A stretch of 60,992 nucleotides of DNA from Planctomycetia bacterium (GTDB taxonomy: Bacteria > Planctomycetota > Planctomycetia > Pirellulales > UBA1268): positions 1-60,992 of the forward strand of contig JAPLNQ010000259.1 of the NCBI GenBank assembly GCA_026401075.1, written 5' to 3'. The notes below the pieces were generated by a model. That model was not told the DNA's origin and made no database searches. It worked only from the letters and a program-made list of their open reading frames with translations. Shown here in pieces: positions 8,310-16,697 of this stretch. Each line of letters starts with the position of its first letter. Position 1 is the first letter of the stretch. The translations under genes and the position numbers were made by a program.

Positions 8310-9275
8310 CTACGGCTGCTCGCCGGTCGATTCCGAACCGGCACGGGTGTGCAGGTTCCGCATCAGCGTGCCGTCGATTTCAGGCGTCACCTGACCGACG
8401 TGGCCGTCGGCGTAGCCGAACAGCGTGATGCCAGCCTGATGGTTACTCGACTCGGCATAGTCAGTCGAACCATTATAGATCGCAGCAGAGCCAACCGTGG
8501 CCTGATTATCGAGGACACCAAGCGTGCCGCCCGTGCAGCCCGCAGCGGCATAGGTCATCCCCGGTGCAGCGGCATTAACCGCCGTCACCCACGCAGTAGC
8601 ACCGTCGATCCAGCCTGACTTCGTCGCTTCACGACTTTCGCCGACCATGAACGTCTTCGACGTTCCGTCGGTGATCTGAGCCAGCGTGATGCCCGTGTAG
8701 GGGGCACTCGTCTCTGAGCCATACTTCTCAAGCGTGATCACACCACCGCCGGTGCCCAAAATCTGCGGGACGTTGGCAGCGGTCGTCGCGACAGCAGCAA
8801 TGCCCTTGTAGTTCGTCACGCCGCAAGTCGCGACGGTGTTCGCCGTGGCATTCTTCTTGTCACCGGCGAACGACGGGCAGACCAGCTGCGGCAGCGATGT
8901 CTGCGCCTGGGCGGTATTCACAGTCCCGCTAAACGCAGTGGCTAAACGGCTCGAGTTGCTCGAGATCTGCGTGTAGAGGTTCGTCTCCTCCAGGAACGGC
9001 AGGATCGTAGTGATCCAGCTGTAGCCGCCAGCGACGAGGTAGCCGGTGCTCGAGTTGACATTACAGTTTGCCTGCGGCAGACGCCTACGAGCACTTTCAA
9101 AGTTCAGCACGCCCAGGCCGAGCTGCTTGATGTTGTTGGTGCAGGCGCTGCGACGAGCAGCTTCACGAGCCGACTGGACAGCCGGCAGGAGCAGACCAAC
9201 CAGCGTGCCGATGATCGCAATGACCACCAGCAGTTCGACGAGGGTGAAACCCCCGCGATTCTTGGAAATTGTCAT
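8310..9275 (-). CDS. DUF1559 protein with prepilin-type N-terminal methylation motif and H-X9-DG-like C-terminus
   Basis: From ATG 9275 the N-terminus reads [54 protein letters not shown], a type IV pilin-like leader plus the DUF1559 N-terminus. The C-terminal [20 protein letters not shown] resembles the H-X9-DG motif with one extra residue. A GGAGGA sits 5 nt upstream of the ATG. Confidence 0.9.
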   Translation of the reverse strand: MTISKNRGGFTLVELLVVIAIIGTLVGLLLPAVQSAREAARRSACTNNIKQLGLGVLNFESARRRLPQANCNVNSSTGYLVAGGYSWITTILPFLEETNLYTQISSNSSRLATAFSGTVNTAQAQTSLPQLVCPSFAGDKKNATANTVATCGVTNYKGIAAVATTAANVPQILGTGGGVITLEKYGSETSAPYTGITLAQITDGTSKTFMVGESREATKSGWIDGATAWVTAVNAAAPGMTYAAAGCTGGTLGVLDNQATVGSAAIYNGSTDYAESSNHQAGITLFGYADGHVGQVTPEIDGTLMRNLHTRAGSESTGEQP

Positions 9276-9280
9276 GAGAA

Positions 9281-9286
9281 TCCTCC
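9281..9286 (-). promoter_or_regulatory. Shine-Dalgarno-like GGAGGA for the DUF1559 gene
   Basis: The minus strand reads GGAGGA-TTCTC-ATG. Confidence 0.6.
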
Positions 9287-9700
9287 ACCCATTTGGGCAT
9301 GAAAAGAAAAGAAACAATAAAAACCCAACCGACAGAAACGAACCGACATAGAAGAGCAGAACGCGTGGAAGAAACCACCCCGCAAACCCAGCCTGACACC
9401 TGTCAACCGTTGGCCATCCCTCTCCGCATGACACACGGCGCCGAAGAAGGCCCTGACTTCTTCACCGGCTACTGAATTGAGGGGTTTTGGAACCCTCCCC
9501 GCGTACTCCTTAATTATTGATGATTTAGTACGTCGCCGTCAATGGGCTAGTTCATCGCGATGCAGAAAAATTTCTGGATTGCAAGGAAAGTCGCCGCCTG
9601 ATCTCCGCAGGAGCCGCGCAAACGCCGTATTTTATCGGTTTTTAGTTGTTTCGTGGCTTCCGCGTCGGGCAGAGGCGGGCGGCGCGGTAGAACGAGTCAC
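9287..9700. promoter_or_regulatory. divergent intergenic/promoter region (DUF1559 gene and lactate permease)
   Basis: About 410 bp without a credible ORF and visibly more AT-rich than the flanks (e.g. ccttaattattgatgatttagtac, gcagaaaaatttctgg). I cannot define -35/-10 elements. Confidence 0.35.
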
Positions 9701-11476
9701 ATGGTCTGGTCGCACGTCTACGATCCGTTGGCCTCGCCGCTGCTCTCCACGCTGGTGGCGACGCTCCCGCTGGTTGCCCTGCTGGGTCTTTTGGCCGGAG
9801 CCGGCTGGTCGGCCCACGCCGCGGCAGGGGCGGGCCTGGCCACCGCCCTGGCGATCGCCGTGGGGATCGTGGGGATGCCAGCCGATGCGGCTCTGGCAGC
9901 CGCCCTCCACGGCGCCGCCTTCGGCCTCTTTCCCATTGGCTGGATCATCGTGACGGCCATGTTTCTCTACCAGCTCACGCTCGAGGCCGGTGCCCTCGAG
10001 ATCATGAAGCGGTCGGTCACCAGGCTCTCCGCCGATCATCGCATGCAGGCCCTCCTGATCGCCTTTTCCTTCGGGGCATTCCTGGAAGGGGCTGCGGGTT
10101 TCGGGGCACCGGTCGCAATCTCCGCAGCACTCCTCACCGGCGCCGGGTTTCCCGCCCTCGAAGCGGCCTGCCTCGCCCTCATTGCCAACACGGCACCAGT
10201 CGCCTTTGGCGCCCTCGGCACGCCGATCATCACGCTGGCGAAGGTGACCGGCCTCGACGAGTTCGCCATTTCCCAGATGGCCGGCCGTCAACTCCCCTTC
10301 TTTTCGCTCATCGTGCCGGCCTGGATGGTGGCCACGATGGCGGGCTGGCGGGGGCTCCTGGCGGTCTGGCCGGCGGTCCTCGTCTGTGGCGGATCCTTCG
10401 CCGTGCTGCAGTTTGCCATGGCCAACTATGTGGGGGCGGCGCTCGTCGATGTGGTGGCGGGAATCGTCAGCCTCGTGACGCTCGCCGTGTTTCTCCGCTG
10501 GTGGCAGCCACGGGAATGCTGGCAGCATGGAACCGGGCGGGCAAAACCGGCACCGGCACTACGGGCGGCACACACCGAGCGAGCCCCTGATCCACAAGAC
10601 TCGCTCCGCGCGATCGCCTGGGCCTGGGCACCATGGGCGTTTCTCTCGGTGGCCGTGTTCTGCTGGGGCCTGCCCACAGTGAAGGCCACGCTCGAAGGCC
10701 GACCCCAGCGCGCGGATACAAGCCCCCGGCGTGAGCCGGGGGATGCGTTGCCCGTGATCGCTGCAGCAACCACACCGCCCGTGGCCGGCATGCCTCTGCT
10801 GCCGAAGAGCATCGTGGCCCCTGAACTCCCCGTGCCCAGGCTCGATGGCCGCATCGCAAAAGTCCCGCCGGCTACCCGTAAGCCGCTCGAAATCGAACGG
10901 GCCATCTACCGGCTCAACTGGCTCTCGGCGGCGGGCACCGGCATCCTCGTGGCGGCTCTGGCCGCGGTGCCGTGGCTCGGTATTCCCTGGCGGCGGGCGG
11001 CCGCGATCTGGTGGGAAAACCTGCAGCGTCTCTCGCTGTCGCTCCTGACAATCGCGGGGATGCTGGCGCTGGCGTTCGTGACCCGGTATTCGGGGACCGA
11101 CGTCACGCTCGGCCTGGCCCTCACCCGGTCAGGCTGGCTCTATCCTGTCTTCTCGGCCCTGCTGGGCTGGCTGGGCGTTGCGCTCACCGGATCCGACACC
11201 GCGAGCAATGCGATGTTCGGCAGTCTGCAACGCGTGACCGCCGAACAGTTGGGCTTGAACCCGCTGCTCATCTGCACGGCCAACAGCACCGGCGGCGTGA
11301 TGGGGAAAATGATCGACGCGCAGAGCATCGTCGTATCGGCGACCGCGACGGGCGTGCACCGCCAGGAAGGTGCGATCTTGCGACGGGTCTTTCCGCACAG
11401 CCTGGCGCTGGCGATCCTCATGGGACTGCTCGTCTGGCTGCAGTCGGGCCCGCTGGCGTGGATGGTGCCACAGTAA
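9701..11476 (+). CDS. lctP: L-lactate/glycolate permease (LctP family)
   Basis: MVWSHVYDPLASPLLSTLVATLPLVALLGLL...FPIGWIIVTAMFLYQLT...LIAFSFGAFLEGAAGFGAPVAISAALL...IANTAPVAFGALGTPI are typical LctP-family blocks. I chose ATG 9701. Confidence 0.88.
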   Translation: MVWSHVYDPLASPLLSTLVATLPLVALLGLLAGAGWSAHAAAGAGLATALAIAVGIVGMPADAALAAALHGAAFGLFPIGWIIVTAMFLYQLTLEAGALEIMKRSVTRLSADHRMQALLIAFSFGAFLEGAAGFGAPVAISAALLTGAGFPALEAACLALIANTAPVAFGALGTPIITLAKVTGLDEFAISQMAGRQLPFFSLIVPAWMVATMAGWRGLLAVWPAVLVCGGSFAVLQFAMANYVGAALVDVVAGIVSLVTLAVFLRWWQPRECWQHGTGRAKPAPALRAAHTERAPDPQDSLRAIAWAWAPWAFLSVAVFCWGLPTVKATLEGRPQRADTSPRREPGDALPVIAAATTPPVAGMPLLPKSIVAPELPVPRLDGRIAKVPPATRKPLEIERAIYRLNWLSAAGTGILVAALAAVPWLGIPWRRAAAIWWENLQRLSLSLLTIAGMLALAFVTRYSGTDVTLGLALTRSGWLYPVFSALLGWLGVALTGSDTASNAMFGSLQRVTAEQLGLNPLLICTANSTGGVMGKMIDAQSIVVSATATGVHRQEGAILRRVFPHSLALAILMGLLVWLQSGPLAWMVPQ

Positions 11477-12404
11477 TCGTCCCATCGGCATCCGCCTGGA
11501 GGCCGAGCACGACCGCGGCCACTGCCCAAGCGTCGGCCTCGGCACAGGTTGCGGACCGTACGGTCGCCGCGCGGTCGGAACTGTCGGAACTGGATGACGC
11601 CACCGGCCGGCCCGTCCGCGGATCGATCGGCGAACGGCCGGGGCGGCAGGTCGATGTGGCGACCGCCATGCCATCGGCAAGAAAAATCTCTTGCGGCTGC
11701 CCGTGCCCGGCATCGGCGGCTCGCAGCCGCACCCGCCACGGTCGGCCTTCGGAGGGCTGCCCCCATGCCCGCACCTCGCCGCCGAGCTCGACGAGATGGG
11801 CCGCCGAGCCGAGTTCCAGAAGCCGCTCGCCGATGCGGTCTACGGCATACCCGGGGGCGATCCCGCTCAGGTCGATCTCGACGCCAGCTTGGGATTTCCG
11901 CAGGGCTGCGCCGGCCTCCGTCGTGGCGGGCCGCGATTCGACCAATCGCATGCCCACACAGCCACGGGCTTCCGCAATTGCGATAGCGGATGGCTCGAGG
12001 GCACGTCCGCTCCAGAGCCGCACGAGGGGGCCGACGGTGATGTCGAAGGCTCCTTCCGACTGCTCGTGGATCTCGCGAGCGGTGTCCACGAGCGTCACGA
12101 GATCCGCCGACACCATCACCCATTCGCCGGCGGCCGCCCCATTGAACCGGCTGGCGTCGGAATCATTTCGCCACGTGCTCGCCGCCCGGTCGATCCGCGC
12201 GAGTACCGCCTCCACCTCACGATGCACCTCGCCGCGGGTCATGCCGGATATGTCGGCGGCCAGCGTCACCCGGTAGGTCGTCCCCATCGCCGGCCCCGCG
12301 AGCGTGGGCATCTCCTCTGCCGCCACCCAAAATGGTGCCAGGCACCAAATTTGGGCAATCTGGCAAATTACCCAGATTTGGTGCCAGGCACCGTTTCCTT
12401 TCAT
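11418..12404 (-). CDS. apbE: FAD:protein FMN transferase (ApbE family)
   Basis: ApbE motif blocks: GAFDITVGPLVRLW, IDLSGIAPGYAVDRI, MAVATST..SPIDPRTGRP and AEADAWAVAAVVLG. ATG 12404 overlaps the upstream stop as ATGA and adds a signal-peptide-like N-terminus (MKGNGAWHQIWVICQIAQIWCLAPFWVAA/EE). The alternative start ATG 12311 gives no signal peptide. The 3' end overlaps convergent lctP by 59 nt. Confidence 0.85.
   Translation of the reverse strand: MKGNGAWHQIWVICQIAQIWCLAPFWVAAEEMPTLAGPAMGTTYRVTLAADISGMTRGEVHREVEAVLARIDRAASTWRNDSDASRFNGAAAGEWVMVSADLVTLVDTAREIHEQSEGAFDITVGPLVRLWSGRALEPSAIAIAEARGCVGMRLVESRPATTEAGAALRKSQAGVEIDLSGIAPGYAVDRIGERLLELGSAAHLVELGGEVRAWGQPSEGRPWRVRLRAADAGHGQPQEIFLADGMAVATSTCRPGRSPIDPRTGRPVASSSSDSSDRAATVRSATCAEADAWAVAAVVLGLQADADGTITVAPSTPAGPTAARRAVP
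12334..12392. repeat. family E palindromic repeat, inverted pair
   Basis: ggtgccaggcaccaaatttgggcaat (12334-12359) and aaattacccagatttggtgccaggcacc (12365-12392) are near-perfect inverted copies. Each contains the 13-bp palindrome GGTGCCWGGCACC. A third copy lies at 24291-24318. Confidence 0.85.
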
Positions 12405-14134
12405 GCTGGCCACCAGTGCACGGCCGCTGCGATGGCGAGGCAACTGAGCAGCAGGCCATCCCGCCACGAAAACCGGTCGGCCCGCCGGTGCAGTCGTAGA
12501 TGGTCGAGCAGCGCACCGGTTGGGCAGCCGTGCCGGCAGTAGGCCATCGGATAGACGCTGCTCGCGACGAGGCTCACGGCGAAGATGACGAGTGCCGCGA
12601 CTCCAGACACCGCCGGGAGATAGGCATCGAACGGCTCCAGATCGACGAGATTCAGCGGGAGGTGGAGCACGGCCGCCAAGATCGCCACCGTAAGCAACAC
12701 CCACGGCAGCGCGACGAGCACTCGCTTCAGCCACTCTGGCACGCTCCGCTTCGGCTTCACGAACCGCACGAGTAGCTGCTGCGCTGCACCGTGCGCACAC
12801 AGATGCGAACAGTAGACGTTCCGCCGCGTCGTGATCGGCAGCACGAGGGCGGCCAGTGTGAGTGCCATGAGCACGACCGCCCCGCGGGCCACGCCCGCCT
12901 GCGCCCAGCCCCACAGTTGCGCCTGCGACAGCAGGGCCCCGGCGCCGAAGCCGAGGTATGCAAGCACGGCGATCGGGAGGGCGAGCCGGCCAAACCACGT
13001 GCCGCGAAGCCGCGTGAATGCGGTAACGATGCCGGCCACGATCACGCCGATGGCGCCCCACTGGGGGCCATCGATGCTCGCGATGGCAGAGGCCAGGAAT
13101 GTCGCCCACGAGGCTCGACGCTGCGTGGCCCGCTGCTCGGCCTGCTGCCGCGCGGCACGAACGATCCCTTCGGCCACGGCCTGACTCGTCATCGTGGCGC
13201 CGCTGACTCCCTCGACACCGGTGTTTCGCGGATCGATGCCCACGATCGCCTCGAGCGACATGCCTCGGTAGACACCCCGAAAGGCCGCGTCGTCGCGGAC
13301 ATAGCCGACGTAGGGCTCGTTGTCGTAGCTGGTGAGCACCGCCACGCCACAGACTTTTCCCGTGGCATCGAAGCCGACCAACGCATCGGTCGGGCCCTGA
13401 TAGCCGATCACGCGGTCGGCCGCCGGGCTCGTCCGCAGCGCCCAGCCCAGCGGGATCGCGTCGGCCGCCAGCACGCGGATCACCGCCGGATCGCCAGGAT
13501 CGGGCTCGATCCGCACGGCATCAGGATAGATCAGCTTCAGGTCGGCGAGCGTGGGCGGTTGCTCGAACCGGCTCGCCGACGCCGTGCCCCCCAGCCGTCG
13601 CACGAGGGCCTCGGCGATCGCCAGGCTCGTGAGCGTGGCCCCCGCCACCGCATGGGCCTTCTCCGGCTTCATCCCGGCCAGCTCTTCAAGCGATTTTCCA
13701 CGGAACGATTGCCAGAAGGCGGCGTCGCGTTCCACCGCACGCACATGGTCTCGCGTGTCGCGGCTAGAGAGCACCTCGATGCCGGCCACACGGAGGTCGC
13801 GATCGCAGACGACGAGCAGATCGGTCGGCCCCGAGAAGCCGATCGCGGCATCGCCCGCGGGCGACGTGCGGAGCATCGTGCCCACGCGTTCCCCTGCCGC
13901 ATCGAGGAGGTCGCGGCCCCCCGCCACGGCATCCGCCGGGCCGCCGATCGCTGCCGCCTCGGGCAGATACTTCTGCACCTGTGCGATCGGCAGGCTGGCC
14001 AGATCGGCGGCCGAGTGCCGACCGACATATCGGACATGCTCCGCATGCACGAGCCACGCGATCGCCGCCACGACCGCCACGCGGGCCGCGTGCGCGACGA
14101 TCGGCACGAGACTCCGCGCACCACGATGCAGCAC
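12401..14134 (-). CDS. membrane protein with two FMN_bind domains and a NosR/NapH-like polytopic C-terminal half
   Basis: One N-terminal TM helix, then two FMN_bind-like domains ending in the flavinylation motifs HAVAGATLTSLAIAEAL and VEGVSGATMTSQAVAEGI. After these come ~6 TM helices with Cx3C motifs (VYCSHLCAHGAAQ, AYCRHGCPTGALLD). GTG start at 14134, 6 nt after the upstream stop. Confidence 0.8.
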   Translation of the reverse strand: MLHRGARSLVPIVAHAARVAVVAAIAWLVHAEHVRYVGRHSAADLASLPIAQVQKYLPEAAAIGGPADAVAGGRDLLDAAGERVGTMLRTSPAGDAAIGFSGPTDLLVVCDRDLRVAGIEVLSSRDTRDHVRAVERDAAFWQSFRGKSLEELAGMKPEKAHAVAGATLTSLAIAEALVRRLGGTASASRFEQPPTLADLKLIYPDAVRIEPDPGDPAVIRVLAADAIPLGWALRTSPAADRVIGYQGPTDALVGFDATGKVCGVAVLTSYDNEPYVGYVRDDAAFRGVYRGMSLEAIVGIDPRNTGVEGVSGATMTSQAVAEGIVRAARQQAEQRATQRRASWATFLASAIASIDGPQWGAIGVIVAGIVTAFTRLRGTWFGRLALPIAVLAYLGFGAGALLSQAQLWGWAQAGVARGAVVLMALTLAALVLPITTRRNVYCSHLCAHGAAQQLLVRFVKPKRSVPEWLKRVLVALPWVLLTVAILAAVLHLPLNLVDLEPFDAYLPAVSGVAALVIFAVSLVASSVYPMAYCRHGCPTGALLDHLRLHRRADRFSWRDGLLLSCLAIAAAVHWWPA

Positions 14135-14143
14135 AGCGGTCTC

Positions 14144-16459
14144 CTACTTGACGGTCGGCGTGACAGTTGGCACGAGCATCACGGCGTCGGCGTGGGCATT
14201 CCCTTTGGCACCGTCGGTGCCGATCACCACGACGCAGGCATCTCCCTTGCCGAGGTTCACGCGGCTCGCGGATCCAAAGCCACCGTCAAGGGGCGCCGGC
14301 TGCCGCATGTCGAGCCGGACGCTTGTGCGGCCCGCAGGGGTCTCCACGAGCACTGGTACCGCGGCGCCGCGATTCTCGTGGGGCAGCCAGCTGACGAGCA
14401 CGTCGTAGCTGCCAGGAACCGGCGCCGTGAGTTCATATCGGATCGTGGCTCCGCTGTCGGCTGCCGCATAGAGATAGCCCCGGCCCACGAAGCCCTTGAG
14501 TCCGGTGCCCTCGGTCCAACTGCCTTCACGAACCGCCCGCAAGTCGTCCTCAACGACGGCCCCGCGATCCTTGGCGAGCTTCCGCGGATCGATCCCCATG
14601 GGGGGCCCATGCGGGCCGGCCAGCGGCAGGGCGTCGGCCGGGATCTCGATCGGCGACGAGAGGCTCATGCGGCGGGCCTTGCCCGGCAGCTTCAGGAGTT
14701 CGTCCACGTCGCCCCAGTGCTTCTCATACACGCCACGCGGATTCGTGCCGTGCTTGATCGCCACGCTCGCCGCCTTGCCCACCACCTCCCCCATCATCCC
14801 GCAGGTCTTCATCACGCGAACGGTGCCGAGCGCCTCGTGCGTGACGGAGATACAACGCCCGGCCATGAAGAGGTTGTCAACGTTCTTGGAGTAGAAGCAG
14901 CGGTACGGAACGGGATAGCCGTAGGCCCGGTCGATGCGGTCGTCAAACTTCGCGATCGAGATGAACGGGTTGTCGGGAAACTTCTTCGCGTATTCCTGCT
15001 TGGGATAGTGCAGGTCGATCGACCAGGTGGAGGGCACACACCCGTCGGGGAACTCCCGCTTGCCCACGACGTCTTCGTGCGTGAGCACGACGTCGCCGAG
15101 GATCCGGCGGCTCTCCCGCGGCCCCCCGATGGCGGCCACCCAGGTGAGGACGGCGTTCGCGTGCTTGTCGGCCCCGTCGCCGTTCTTCATCGCGTTGAAA
15201 GCGCCGTAGACCGCGCGAAGGTTCCAGTCACGGATCCCCTCTGCGTCGGCCAGCGGATCCTTGTCGAAGCCGCTCTCCCAGAACCACTCGCCGTGATGGC
15301 TGCGCGGATAAGGAAAGTCCGCCATCGTGAGCGGCAGCGCCCACGGCGTCTCGGGAAACGTCTGCGGGCCGTCGGCCTCGTCCCAGGACCACATGTTGCT
15401 CATCCCCATCCGACCCTTCTCCTCCATCACGGTCTCGGCGTCGGCCAGGTTGCCGATCGTGGCATGGCCGGTGGCGTCGCAGAAGAATCGGCCGGTGAAC
15501 CGCAGCTCGCGGCTCGTTCGAGTATCGAGACCGGTGATGCTCTTGATCCGCGTGCCGTCCCGCTCAGCGGCGAAGGCATGCGTGTTGAGAAAGAGATCGA
15601 TGTTCGGCTCCGCGCGAACGATCCGCTCCTTCTTGGCATCCTCAAACTCCTCATAGGTGCCGGGGCTCTTCTTCGCGTGGTCGCAGAACTCCTCGATGAT
15701 TTCACCGACCCGCGGATACTTACCGCGACGGATCAGCCCCTGCGCCCAGACACGGATCTCACTCGACCCATTGCCACCAAGCACCGGCCGATCCTGCACG
15801 AGCGCAACCTTCAGTCCCATGCGTGCTGAAGAAAGCGCGGCTCCCATGCCTGAGTAGCCGCCGCCGATCACGACCAGATCGTAGGGCCCCTTGGTCTCCG
15901 GCTCCGCTGGCAGACCGAGCGACGTCCGCCGCCAACTGGCCAGGACGGCCGAATCGTTCGGGGGTGGCGTGGCGTCGGTAGTGAAGACGATGCAGTCGCA
16001 GCGGCCGTCGAAGCCGGTGAGATCGCGCAGACCGATGGTTGCCTCGCCGGCCGGCAGCGACACCGTGCCGCCATCCTGCCAGCCCCACGCGGCGCCGTTG
16101 GTGCCGCATGGCTCTGCCAGCGGCGTGCCGTTGACGACCACTTGAAATCGACCCGGCGATCCCGCGGCGTTCCACCGCGCCACCCAGTCCTTCGTGCGGA
16201 CAAACACGCGATACTCACCGGCAGTGGGAATGGCGACCTTCGTCGTGGCATCGGCCACCGGCTTGCCCAGGCCGTGCGCGAGCAGGTAGGGCGATCCCAT
16301 CTGTTCGATGAACTGCGTGTCGAGCGTCCAGCCGCCGTGGTCGGCGAAGCTCTCGGCCTCCACGAGCACCGTGGCCGCGTCGGCGTGCCCACCACAAAGG
16401 GCACTGGAAAGACCGGCCAAGAGGAGGAACGCTGGGGCAAGGCTGGTGATCACGCGCAT
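14144..16459 (-). CDS. secreted FAD-dependent oxidoreductase flanked by CBM-like beta-sandwich domains
   Basis: From ATG 16459 there is a Sec-type signal (MRVITSLAPAFLLLAGLSSALCGGHADAA). The N-terminal domain VLVEAESFADHGGWTLDTQF...GEYRVFVRTKDW is CBM-like. The dinucleotide fold reads YDLVVIGGGYSGMGAALSSARMGLKVALVQDRPVLGGNGSSE. The C-terminal domain GSWTEGTG..GYLYAAADSGATIRYEL..PGSYDVLVSW is also CBM-like. Confidence 0.8.
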   Translation of the reverse strand: MRVITSLAPAFLLLAGLSSALCGGHADAATVLVEAESFADHGGWTLDTQFIEQMGSPYLLAHGLGKPVADATTKVAIPTAGEYRVFVRTKDWVARWNAAGSPGRFQVVVNGTPLAEPCGTNGAAWGWQDGGTVSLPAGEATIGLRDLTGFDGRCDCIVFTTDATPPPNDSAVLASWRRTSLGLPAEPETKGPYDLVVIGGGYSGMGAALSSARMGLKVALVQDRPVLGGNGSSEIRVWAQGLIRRGKYPRVGEIIEEFCDHAKKSPGTYEEFEDAKKERIVRAEPNIDLFLNTHAFAAERDGTRIKSITGLDTRTSRELRFTGRFFCDATGHATIGNLADAETVMEEKGRMGMSNMWSWDEADGPQTFPETPWALPLTMADFPYPRSHHGEWFWESGFDKDPLADAEGIRDWNLRAVYGAFNAMKNGDGADKHANAVLTWVAAIGGPRESRRILGDVVLTHEDVVGKREFPDGCVPSTWSIDLHYPKQEYAKKFPDNPFISIAKFDDRIDRAYGYPVPYRCFYSKNVDNLFMAGRCISVTHEALGTVRVMKTCGMMGEVVGKAASVAIKHGTNPRGVYEKHWGDVDELLKLPGKARRMSLSSPIEIPADALPLAGPHGPPMGIDPRKLAKDRGAVVEDDLRAVREGSWTEGTGLKGFVGRGYLYAAADSGATIRYELTAPVPGSYDVLVSWLPHENRGAAVPVLVETPAGRTSVRLDMRQPAPLDGGFGSASRVNLGKGDACVVVIGTDGAKGNAHADAVMLVPTVTPTVK

Positions 16460-16697
16460 GGTCGTATCTCTCCGGCAATTCTGGCGATGAAGCATGACGC
16501 CTGCATCATGCCTGAAGACTTCACATCGTTTCAAGCTTCAACCAACCACGAATCCCAGTATTCTGGCCGCCGCGACGAGATCCAAGCAAACGCGTCAAAA
16601 ACCTGCATTTCCGCGGCAGTCTGCAGCCAATTGCGTCGACACCCATCGACCAAGCAACTACGCTTGACGCGTCCTTGAACGCCCTGCCCACCAGAGG

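Noticed and set aside
9477-9953. 158-aa plus-strand ORF upstream of and overlapping the lactate permease start
   Set aside because: It is Arg/Trp/Pro-rich and out of frame with the clear LctP N-terminus, which begins at 9701.
12791-15829. 1012-aa ORF antisense to the NosR-like and FAD oxidoreductase genes
   Set aside because: It has the same compositional artefact (Arg/His/Gly/Asp-rich, no domains) and spans two well-supported genes on the other strand.
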